Origin: an uncultured Acidimicrobiia bacterium
GTDB lineage: Bacteria; Actinomycetota; Acidimicrobiia; Acidimicrobiales; AC-14
DNA: 64,000 nt
Assembly (NCBI GenBank): GCA_963836205.1
Contig: CAWIIV010000024.1
Coordinates: 220,718 to 284,717, forward strand
Reading direction: 5' to 3'
Position 1 is the first letter of the stretch. Each line of letters starts with the position of its first letter. The notes below the pieces were generated by a model. That model was not told where the DNA came from, searched no databases, and worked only from the letters and a program-made list of their open reading frames with translations. Of the stretch, positions 51,442-59,472 are shown piece by piece. The translations under genes and the position numbers were made by a program.

Positions 51442-52403
51442 TCTCGATCATCCAGCTCGGTCATTGGTGCGTGGACCTGCGACTCCGAATACCCGATCGT
51501 GTTGTCGAGGACGCTATCATGGTTCCTTCACATCACTCGTTCCAGCTGGGTGGAGCGGCGGGCTTTGCTGTGGCCGCACATGCTTTAGGGTGCGACGTGG
51601 TAGCCTCTCTCTTAATTAGCACCGACCGACTCGCCGACCTTGCTCGGCAGCTTATAGGGGAGGCTGGCATCGAGCTAATCGAGGGCAGCCCGCAGCCCGA
51701 CGTGGAGACACCTATTAGCATCGTCATCGAGTCCGGCAAGGGGTGGCGAACCGCTCTCGTCATAGCCGGAAGCAACGAGAACGTGTCGTTTGATAGCCTA
51801 AATGCCGCAACGTCGGGACGCGCTGGCCTCGCAGATATCGTTCATCACGGCTACCCATGCTTGACTCCCCGCCTGAGCTGGATCGATGTCGATAGGGTCG
51901 CAAGTATTGCTCCTAGGGCGCTCCACTTAATGGATCTAAATGGAGCTGAGGAGTATCGTCCCACTCTATCCGAGATGAATCTTTTCGGGGCTGAGACGGT
52001 GATCAAAGGCAACGCAAGTGAATGGCGCGCTTGTTCAAGAGTTGGCACTGTTCAGACCGGGTGCGTAGCCGCTCTACGAGCTGGTGCGCGCTGTGCTGTG
52101 GTGACAGAGGGGAGGCTTGGCGCTTCGGCTGTGCTGAGAACTGCCAATGAATTGTCCCGGGCCCGTGGAGCGGACAGAGACATCGAGGCCGATGCGACTC
52201 ACGAATACTTCAAGTCAGAAACGGCCAACATCGAAGGCGACGCCACCGGGGCGGGCGATGCCTTTTTCGCAGCCTTTGCTGTTCGCCTTGTGGCCTCCAA
52301 CAGTCTCAGCGGATCGTCGGTACAGCGAGCGCTCGATGAAGGAAACGCCTTCGCTGGCAGCTGGATAGCTCGCGGTGAAGCTCAGCCGAGTGCGGGAGCG
52401 TGA
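51438..52403 (+). CDS. PfkB/ribokinase-family kinase
   Basis: LGGAAG-AVA, NASE, VVTEG-G, DATGAGDAF. Confidence 0.82.
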   Translation: MISIIQLGHWCVDLRLRIPDRVVEDAIMVPSHHSFQLGGAAGFAVAAHALGCDVVASLLISTDRLADLARQLIGEAGIELIEGSPQPDVETPISIVIESGKGWRTALVIAGSNENVSFDSLNAATSGRAGLADIVHHGYPCLTPRLSWIDVDRVASIAPRALHLMDLNGAEEYRPTLSEMNLFGAETVIKGNASEWRACSRVGTVQTGCVAALRAGARCAVVTEGRLGASAVLRTANELSRARGADRDIEADATHEYFKSETANIEGDATGAGDAFFAAFAVRLVASNSLSGSSVQRALDEGNAFAGSWIARGEAQPSAGA

Positions 52404-52706
52404 GCCTGCTTCTCGCACCGGAACGGAACCGGATGGTTGCCTTGGCGGAGCCACGCGACAAGACGGCGAACGCGTAACTCTGTGATCCCGGGCTGACACG
52501 CCAGACACGCTGGGTGACGGCAACGTGCCGATCCTTCCCGTGCGCCGCGCCAGCAGGAGACGACTGGCAGCCGATCGGTATTCGCGTAGCGGCCCGGAGC
52601 GTCCGAGGTGCCACATAATCCCGAGCCAGGCGGGTCCGACAGGGTCGCCCTGATCGCCGGCTCGGAAGTCACGCCACCAACGAGGCATACGTTGCCTGCC
52701 ACGGCA

Positions 52707-54221
52707 TTAGTTCGCCGACTCCTCCCGCCGCTCGAAGAGGAAGAGCTTCCGGGGCTCGGGAAACGAGGCGAACTGGTCCCGGAGGACGAAGGAACGGCCG
52801 AAGGCGGCCAGGTAGCCCTCCTCCGTGTACCAGTCGTGCTGGGGGCCGAGGAGGTCGGCCACGTACTGGTCGTCGCGGGGCATGAACTCGACCAGCAGCC
52901 AGCGCTGGCTGAGGGCGGCGAAGCTCTGCGCGATCTGGTCGAAGGTCATCACCTGGGAGAAGACCAGGTGGTGGGTGACGGCCAGGGCGAGGACGAGATC
53001 GGCCCGGAGACGCTCGAGGCCGGGGATGAGCCACCGGTTGCACGGGCCGGCGCCGGGCGTCGGGCTCCGCACGTCGAAGACCAGGGGCAGGAGCCGAAGC
53101 GACTCCTGCTTGGCCATGCCGTGCAGGTTGTTGATGGTGGCGTTGTCGATGTCGGCCGCGATCACGTAGGCGCCGTGGCGCTCGGCGAGCCGGGAGAACC
53201 ATCCCTCGTTGCTCCCGATGTCGAGGCAGATGCGGGGCGAGACCTTGGCCAGGACGTCGTTGACGGCGTGGTTCTTCGCCGTCCAGCCGGGCCCCGGTTC
53301 GAGGTCGGGGACCTCCCCCGCGTGGAACGCGGTGTAGTAGTTGGCCCAGAAGCTCCTCGACGTCACCTCCACCCGGTCGACATCGGCCCGGCCCTTCGCC
53401 ACCGCCGCCCTCCGCTCCGCCGGCCTGGGCAGGCTCGCGGGCACCCCATAGGTCGGGCGGACCTCGACCTCCACGTTCGGGACCCGGCTCCGCAGGCGGT
53501 CGCGCGCCCGCTCAGGAAGCCACCGGCGGGCGAGGGTGGTGGCCGCCGGGAGGACGGACGCCCGCGCCTGCTTGGCGACCCGCTTGGAGACGAAGGTGAG
53601 GGAGCCGGTCAGCGCCTCCCGCTCCGCGCGGCTGACCCCCCAGTAGTCGGACAAGAGGGCCCGGACGAGGCGGTCGTGGCCCTCGGCCATGACCCGGAGG
53701 GGCTCGAGGAAGAACCGCTCGAACTGCTGCCGGGCCGGAAACAGCGGGTCGGCGCCCGAGATCATCCACAGCCGGGGCTCGTCGATCCGGACGATGGCTC
53801 CGATGTCGACGAAGACGGGCCGGGGACCGATGAAGAGCACGTTCCACGGGTTGGCGTCGGCGATCGTCAGGGAGTCGCCCGCCAGCTCATCCTCCAGGTC
53901 GAGGATGAGGTGGGCGGCATCCTTCAGCATGGAGCTGCTCCACTCCGACGGGTAGCTCACCACCGACACCCGCTCGTGCCTGAGCACCAGGTCACCCTCG
54001 GTGAGGCTCAGGGCCACGACCTCGGTGGGGATGAGCAGGCCCTTCGTGAGCGCACGGCCGACTGACGGCGAGGACAGGACCGCCCGTCGTCCCTCGCTCA
54101 CCTGGGGCCGGATGTGCCGGTAGAGGTCGCCACGCCACTCGAAGAGCCGTCCGAAGTCGTCGGCGCCCGAGGACGACAGCCACACCACCTCGTCGATCGG
54201 GATCCCCGTCGGGTCCGTCAC
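52707..54221 (-). CDS. NoeA-like class I SAM methyltransferase
   Basis: SYPSEWS-MLKDAA, DANPWNV, FVDIG, LDIGSNEG, ALAVTHHL. Confidence 0.72.
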   Translation of the reverse strand: MTDPTGIPIDEVVWLSSSGADDFGRLFEWRGDLYRHIRPQVSEGRRAVLSSPSVGRALTKGLLIPTEVVALSLTEGDLVLRHERVSVVSYPSEWSSSMLKDAAHLILDLEDELAGDSLTIADANPWNVLFIGPRPVFVDIGAIVRIDEPRLWMISGADPLFPARQQFERFFLEPLRVMAEGHDRLVRALLSDYWGVSRAEREALTGSLTFVSKRVAKQARASVLPAATTLARRWLPERARDRLRSRVPNVEVEVRPTYGVPASLPRPAERRAAVAKGRADVDRVEVTSRSFWANYYTAFHAGEVPDLEPGPGWTAKNHAVNDVLAKVSPRICLDIGSNEGWFSRLAERHGAYVIAADIDNATINNLHGMAKQESLRLLPLVFDVRSPTPGAGPCNRWLIPGLERLRADLVLALAVTHHLVFSQVMTFDQIAQSFAALSQRWLLVEFMPRDDQYVADLLGPQHDWYTEEGYLAAFGRSFVLRDQFASFPEPRKLFLFERREESAN

Positions 54222-55463
54222 CTAGTCGACCGCCCAGCGCTGCTCGACCAAGGCCAAGGCCCAGTCCCGCGTGTGCATGCGGCCCGTCCCGTAGAAATCG
54301 CTGGCCTCCACGTCGAACACGGCGGCCCGCTCGACGTGATCGATGATCTCGCCCCCCTGCACGAGCCCACCCTGCACCATGGCCACGTTGACGTAGCACC
54401 GGCCGGGCGTGAGGTTGATCGGGCCGGTCGACACCACGACCGTCCCGCCCGGCTTCACCTCCCCGTCGATCCCACCGCTGGTCTCGCTGTCGAGCAGGTA
54501 GATCTCGGCCCCGTTCTGGTCGAAGATCCCGATGGCGAAGACGAGGGTGTCGGGGTTCGCGTCGGCCTCATATTGGAGACGGCATTCGAGGCGGCTGGTG
54601 GAGTGCATGACCGTACCGGCGGGCAGCGGGGTGATCCTCAGATCGGTGATCCTTCCCGCGCCGCTGCCCTTGCGGTCGGGACGATCGGCCAGGGAGACGT
54701 CGGTGGCCTCGTCGGTGGTCTCGAGATACCGCGCCACGCACTCCCGGGCGGTGCCGTCGTGCACCACTGCGCCCGCATCCAGCAGGATGCCGCGGGTGCA
54801 GAGGGCCTCGACGGCGGCCATGTTGTGGCTGACGAAGAGCACGGTGCGACCGCTGCGGGCCACGTCCCCCATCTTGCCCAGGCATTTGCGCTGGAAGGCG
54901 GCGTCGCCGACGGCCAACACCTCGTCGACGACCAGGACTTCGGGCTCGAGATGGGCCGCCACCGCGAACGCGAGGCGAACGTACATCCCGCTCGAATACC
55001 GCTTGACGGGCGTGTCGAGGAACCGCTCGACATCGGCGAACTCCACGATCTCGTCGAACCGTCGTTGGATCTCGGCTTTGCGCATGCCGAGGATGGCGCC
55101 ATTGAGGAAGATGTTCTCCCGCCCGGACAGCTCGGGGTGAAACCCGGTGCCGACTTCGAGCAGCGCGCCGACCCTTCCGTGGAGGACAGCCCGCCCGCTC
55201 GTCGGCTCGGTGATCCTCGACAACACCTTCAACAGCGTGCTCTTCCCGGCGCCGTTCCGACCGACGATGCCGACGACGTCACCCTCCGCCACCTCGAACG
55301 ACACGTCCTTGAGGGCCCAGAGGTGGCGGTCCTCGTGATCCGGCGACGGCTTCGGACGGCGCTTGAGGCGGTCGGTGATGACCTCGCTCAGACGGCGGTA
55401 GCCACCACCCGCGCCGAGCGTGTAGCGCTTGGAGAGCCCCTGCACCGAGATGGCCGAGGTCAC
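54222..55463 (-). CDS. wzt: Polysaccharide ABC transporter ATP-binding protein with Wzt_C domain
   Basis: GRNGAGKST, GFHPELSGREN, YSSGM, DEVLAVGD. Confidence 0.93.
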   Translation of the reverse strand: MTSAISVQGLSKRYTLGAGGGYRRLSEVITDRLKRRPKPSPDHEDRHLWALKDVSFEVAEGDVVGIVGRNGAGKSTLLKVLSRITEPTSGRAVLHGRVGALLEVGTGFHPELSGRENIFLNGAILGMRKAEIQRRFDEIVEFADVERFLDTPVKRYSSGMYVRLAFAVAAHLEPEVLVVDEVLAVGDAAFQRKCLGKMGDVARSGRTVLFVSHNMAAVEALCTRGILLDAGAVVHDGTARECVARYLETTDEATDVSLADRPDRKGSGAGRITDLRITPLPAGTVMHSTSRLECRLQYEADANPDTLVFAIGIFDQNGAEIYLLDSETSGGIDGEVKPGGTVVVSTGPINLTPGRCYVNVAMVQGGLVQGGEIIDHVERAAVFDVEASDFYGTGRMHTRDWALALVEQRWAVD

Positions 55464-55473
55464 GGAGTACCCA

Positions 55474-56298
55474 CTAGATCACGTCAGCGAAGCTGCGCTC
55501 GACGCGCTGGAAGTACACGACGCTCAGGCAGAGGAGGGTGATCGCGGACGCGACGGAGGCCGACAATGCGGTAAACGGCAGGTGTGGTGTACCGAGGATG
55601 GCCCACCGGTAGAGGTCGATGATCCCGGCCACCGGATTCAGGCAATAGACGAACTGCCACGGACGCGGGACGAGCGAGGCCGGGTACACCACGGGGGTGA
55701 CAAAGAGGAGCACCTGGATGCCGAATGGGATGGCATAGCGCACGTCGCGGTACCTCACGTTGAGCGCGGCCAGACCGATGCCGAACCCGAGCACCACCAG
55801 CACGAGCGCGAGGGCGAGGAGCGGGAGCAGGACCATGGTGGCCCGGGCCGGGAAGCCGAAGGAGAGCATCAGGCCGACCATGAGAACGTGGCCGATGGCG
55901 AAGTCGAGGCCGTAGGAGGTCGAGGACGCGGCCGGCATGAGCAGGCGGGGGAAGTAGATCTTGGTGACGAGGCGCTCGTTCTCGACGAGGGTGTTGGTGG
56001 CGCCGGCGACGCCCTGGGCGAAGAACGTCCACGGAACGAGGCCCACGTAGGCGAACAGCGCGTAGGGGACACCGTTGGAGGGAACGTCGGCCAGGCGGCC
56101 CAGGAAGACGGCGAACACGGCCATCAGGAGCAGCGGCTGGAGCACCGCCCAGGCCGCCCCGAACACCGTCTGCTGGTAGCGGACGCGGATGTCGCGTTGC
56201 ACCAGGACGGCGAAGAGGTCGCGATACTCCCAGAGCTCGTCCAGGCCCAGCCGGCCGAGCCCGCGACGTCGCTCGACGACCACGGTCCGGCTGCTCAT
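55474..56298 (-). CDS. wzm: Polysaccharide ABC transporter permease
   Basis: RDIRVRYQQT-G-AWAVLQP, KIYFPR, TPVVYP, LNP. Confidence 0.92.
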   Translation of the reverse strand: MSSRTVVVERRRGLGRLGLDELWEYRDLFAVLVQRDIRVRYQQTVFGAAWAVLQPLLLMAVFAVFLGRLADVPSNGVPYALFAYVGLVPWTFFAQGVAGATNTLVENERLVTKIYFPRLLMPAASSTSYGLDFAIGHVLMVGLMLSFGFPARATMVLLPLLALALVLVVLGFGIGLAALNVRYRDVRYAIPFGIQVLLFVTPVVYPASLVPRPWQFVYCLNPVAGIIDLYRWAILGTPHLPFTALSASVASAITLLCLSVVYFQRVERSFADVI

Positions 56299-56410
56299 GG
56301 GTCCAGCCTGGCAGGGTTCCGAGCGTCGGCGGTGTTCCTCGGCTCCCGAGTGGCGGCCGTCGGCTCCGCCCGGCCGACGGTCACCGCCGGGCCGGCATCA
56401 GGACGGTCCC

Positions 56411-57214
56411 TCACCGCGGGTGCAGGTGCTTGCGCAGGTTCCGGCCGACGCTGCGGGCGGCCCAACGGAGCAGGTGGCGCCGGGAGACGGTGCCCGGATG
56501 CAGGCGGTGCACGCGCAGGTGGGCCCGGAGCACGGTGGCCCGCGGCATCGAGTTGCGCGACCCTTCCGGGTGGCGGCGGTACCGGAGCCAACAGCCGTCG
56601 ACGGCCCGGCCCCGGGCGCCCTGTTCCACCGCGTGGAGCCAGAACTCCCAGTCCTCCAGTCCGAGGCCGTCGAAGTCGGGACGGAAGCCACCGGTGGCGT
56701 CGAAGATCTCCCGCCGGAACATGGTCGAGACGTGGAGGAAGCTCTCCACGCCCAACTCGTCGGCGTCGAAGGGACGAGGTCCGTCGTGCGACGTCAACGA
56801 GCCGAAGTGCTCGACCCCGCCGTAGGCCAGGTCGGCGCCGGCGAGGATCGCCTGCTCGGTGAGCTCCACGTACCGCGGGGAGAGGGCATCGTCGGCGTCG
56901 AGGGCCAGGATCAGGTCGCCTGAGGAGGCCGCCACCCCGGCGTTGAAGCTGACCGCCGGCCCCCGCCGGACGGCATGGTGGACGACGACCAGCGGGCCAT
57001 CGCCGAGGAGGCTGGCGATGACGGCGGCCGTCGTGTCGGAGCTCCCGTCGTCGACGACGACGATCTCGTCGGGCGTCCGGCTCTGAGCTCGGGCGCTGGC
57101 GATGGCCTCGCCCAGGAAGCGGCCGTGCTGGTGGCACCGCACGACGATGCTCACCCGGGGGGTGGCGGGGCCGGGCCGGCGGTCGTCAAGCGTGGCGTCG
57201 GGTCGCACGCTCAT
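56411..57214 (-). CDS. Glycosyltransferase family 2
   Basis: VVDDGSSD, LDADD, EDWEFW. Confidence 0.9.
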   Translation of the reverse strand: MSVRPDATLDDRRPGPATPRVSIVVRCHQHGRFLGEAIASARAQSRTPDEIVVVDDGSSDTTAAVIASLLGDGPLVVVHHAVRRGPAVSFNAGVAASSGDLILALDADDALSPRYVELTEQAILAGADLAYGGVEHFGSLTSHDGPRPFDADELGVESFLHVSTMFRREIFDATGGFRPDFDGLGLEDWEFWLHAVEQGARGRAVDGCWLRYRRHPEGSRNSMPRATVLRAHLRVHRLHPGTVSRRHLLRWAARSVGRNLRKHLHPR

Positions 57215-57221
57215 GGCTCAG

Positions 57222-57249
57222 TTGTCGGAACCCCACGGCCTGCCCTTGA
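57222..57249 (-). promoter_or_regulatory. Sigma-28-like promoter for GT2-wzm-wzt operon
   Basis: TCAAG-N15-TCCGACAA, ending 7 nt before ATG 57214. Confidence 0.6.
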
Positions 57250-57288
57250 GCGGTGCTCTGCGATCAACCGTCCGTCGGTCCCATGCCC

Positions 57289-57336
57289 AACTGGTGACAG
57301 TTTTGGGCGCCATGACGCCCGAAAGTGTCACCGGTT
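57289..57336 (+). repeat. REP-like palindrome copy D
   Basis: AACTGGTGAC-N28-GTCACCGGTT. Confidence 0.8.
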
Positions 57337-57350
57337 CGAGGGTGGGGATG

Positions 57351-58442
57351 TCACGTGATGTCCAGCATCCGCTGGAGCGCCACCCGGGCCCACTCCGACG
57401 TCTCCGGGTCGACGCTGATCTGGTTCACGACCTGGCCCTCGACCAGGTTCTCCAGGACCCACGCCAGGTGGGCGGCGTCGATGCGGAACATGGTCGAGCA
57501 GGGGCAGATGAGCGGGTCGAGCGAGACGACGGTGAGGTCGGGATGCTCGGCCGCCAGCCGCTGCACCAGGTGGATCTCGGTGCCCACCGCGATGGTCGAG
57601 CCCGCGGGGGCGGCGTCGACCGCCCGGATGATGGAGTCGGTCGACCCCACCTGGTCGGCCACCTCCACCACCTCGTGGGCGCACTCGGGGTGGACGATCA
57701 CGATCCCGTCCGGGTGCTGGGCCCGGAAGTCGGCCACGTGGGCGACGGTGAAGCGCTGGTGGACCGAGCAGTGGCCCTTCCACAGCAGGAACGTGGCCTC
57801 TTTGACGTCGACCTCCTGCAGCCCGCCCAGGTCGCGCCGGGGGTTCCACACCCGCATGTCGTCGGCCCCGAAGCCGAGTTGGTAGGCGGTGTTGCGCCCG
57901 AGGTGCTGGTCGGGGAAGAAGAGAAGCCTGTCGGCCCGCTCCAGGGCCCAGGAGACGACGGCCTTGGCGTTGGACGACGTGCACACGGCCCCGCCCTTGC
58001 GTCCCACGAACGCCTTCAGGGCGGCCGACGAGTTCATGTACGTGATCGGCAGGACGCGCTCGATGTCGGTGACCGCGGCCAACTCGTCCCAGGCCACCTC
58101 CACCGAGTCGATGTCGGCCATGTCGGCCATGGAGCAGCCGGCGTTGAGGTCGGGAAGGACGACCACCTGGCGGTCGGTGGTGAGGATGTCGGCCGACTCG
58201 GCCATGAAGTGGACGCCGCAGAACACGATGAAGTCGGCCGGGGAGTCGGCTGCCAGCCGGGACAGGCCGTAGGAGTCGCCGCGGGCGTCGGCCCACTGCA
58301 TGACTTCGTCCCGCTGGTAGTGGTGTCCGAGGATGAGGAGCCGATCGCCAAGCGTGGCCTTGGCCTCGCCGATCCACCCCGCGAGCTGTTCCTGGCTGGC
58401 CGCCGCGTAGCGGTCGGGCAGCGCTCCCTGTATGCGGAGCAT
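57351..58442 (-). CDS. nadA: Quinolinate synthase
   Basis: ILGHHYQ, FCGVHFMAE, AGCSMA, YMNSSA, CTSSNA, VHPEC, GTE, CPCSTM. Confidence 0.96.
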   Translation of the reverse strand: MLRIQGALPDRYAAASQEQLAGWIGEAKATLGDRLLILGHHYQRDEVMQWADARGDSYGLSRLAADSPADFIVFCGVHFMAESADILTTDRQVVVLPDLNAGCSMADMADIDSVEVAWDELAAVTDIERVLPITYMNSSAALKAFVGRKGGAVCTSSNAKAVVSWALERADRLLFFPDQHLGRNTAYQLGFGADDMRVWNPRRDLGGLQEVDVKEATFLLWKGHCSVHQRFTVAHVADFRAQHPDGIVIVHPECAHEVVEVADQVGSTDSIIRAVDAAPAGSTIAVGTEIHLVQRLAAEHPDLTVVSLDPLICPCSTMFRIDAAHLAWVLENLVEGQVVNQISVDPETSEWARVALQRMLDIT

Positions 58443-58463
58443 TATGGGTGACCTCCGATGGAG

Positions 58464-58527
58464 GGCTCCGATAGTGACCGGTGGAGACAGCCTGGTCGCC
58501 TCACACGGGGTTGTCGGCCTCGGAGCC
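58464..58527 (-). ncRNA. Putative NAD-I (nadA motif)-like riboswitch aptamer
   Basis: GGCCG-ACAACCCC-GUG...CAC-CGGUC bulged stem within GGCUCCGA/UCGGAGCC, in the nadA 5' UTR next to an anti-SD. Confidence 0.6.
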
Positions 58528-58581
58528 GGATATGTTGCCGGATACCAGGCCGGCACTGCCTTCAACCTTACGTCGGCCCAG

Positions 58582-59106
58582 TCATTCCCGCGAAGTCTGT
58601 TCCAGCGAAGCCTGTTCCGTCTCCTCGATCGTTCGCTTCAGAACAGTGAGGACATGCAGGTGACTCTCGTCCTTCGGTCGGTGTGCCGCTTCCTTCATTC
58701 GGATGAGGTCGTCGAGGCTCACCACCCGAGCGAGAAGACCTTCGCCCAGGTCGTACGTCGTGGCTTTGGCGTCGAGGTCGCGAAAGCCGCCGGTTCCGGA
58801 CGGCGTCCCCAGCACGTCGACGTCTCCGGCGTCGGTTCGGAACGCGAACGAGTCGCCGGCGCCGAGGGTGAGGCCGTCAAGGATGAACGGCAGGTCTTCG
58901 TCGACGTGTGCGACCCGCAACCTGGCGCCCAACTCCCTGAGGGCCGACGCCAGGCGATCCATGTTCTGCTTCGAGCGCTCGTAGCAGATGTCGAGGTCGT
59001 TGGTCATGATCGGTGCGCCGAGGATGCCGGCTGCGTAGCCACCGATCACCACGTACCGGACGTCGTGGCGCTGGAACGTTCTCAGCGCTCGGAGGGGGTC
59101 GTACAT
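58582..59106 (-). CDS. Nucleotidyltransferase-fold protein (putative toxin)
   Basis: YVVIGGYA, TNDLDI, LDDLIRMK-RPKD. Confidence 0.75.
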   Translation of the reverse strand: MYDPLRALRTFQRHDVRYVVIGGYAAGILGAPIMTNDLDICYERSKQNMDRLASALRELGARLRVAHVDEDLPFILDGLTLGAGDSFAFRTDAGDVDVLGTPSGTGGFRDLDAKATTYDLGEGLLARVVSLDDLIRMKEAAHRPKDESHLHVLTVLKRTIEETEQASLEQTSRE

Positions 59107-59429
59107 CAGGTCGCGGGCGCCGGTCGCGCGTCGCGGAGGCGGTCGAGGGCTCTGCCGTAGTCAGACGTCCCTTCGGCTCGCTCGGCAGGGCTGAGCTCGA
59201 GCCAGTGGTCGATGAGGCTCCTGTCAACGCCGCCACCCCTGCTCGGTCCCAGCCGGAGCTCGAACCCGCACGCGTCGAGAAGACGGTCGAGCGTGTCGGC
59301 CCTCGGGATCTGCTGGCCCCGCTCGATGCGAGCAATGGCCGATTGGGGCACCCCAGTCCGGCGAGAGAGCTCGCGCTGCGAGATGCCCGCCGCCCGCCTG
59401 GCCTGGTTCACCCGTGATGCTGCCGTCAT
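59106..59429 (-). CDS. XRE HTH regulator (putative antitoxin)
   Basis: ARRAAGISQRELS..QSAIARIERG..P; LSPAER; leaderless ATG after TATCTT. Confidence 0.82.
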   Translation of the reverse strand: MTAASRVNQARRAAGISQRELSRRTGVPQSAIARIERGQQIPRADTLDRLLDACGFELRLGPSRGGGVDRSLIDHWLELSPAERAEGTSDYGRALDRLRDARPAPAT

Positions 59430-59472
59430 GGCGCCAAGATACCTCTTTCGGTATCGGTACCATTGACGGAGC

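Larger units (their letters stand above)
44375..52707. mobile_element. 8.3-kb cargo island with IS630-like terminal inverted repeats and TA duplication
   Basis: TA|GTGCTGCGTCAGGCAAACG left, CGTTGCCTGCCACGGCAT|TA right; excision restores one CTAG shared by two convergent stop codons. Confidence 0.7.
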
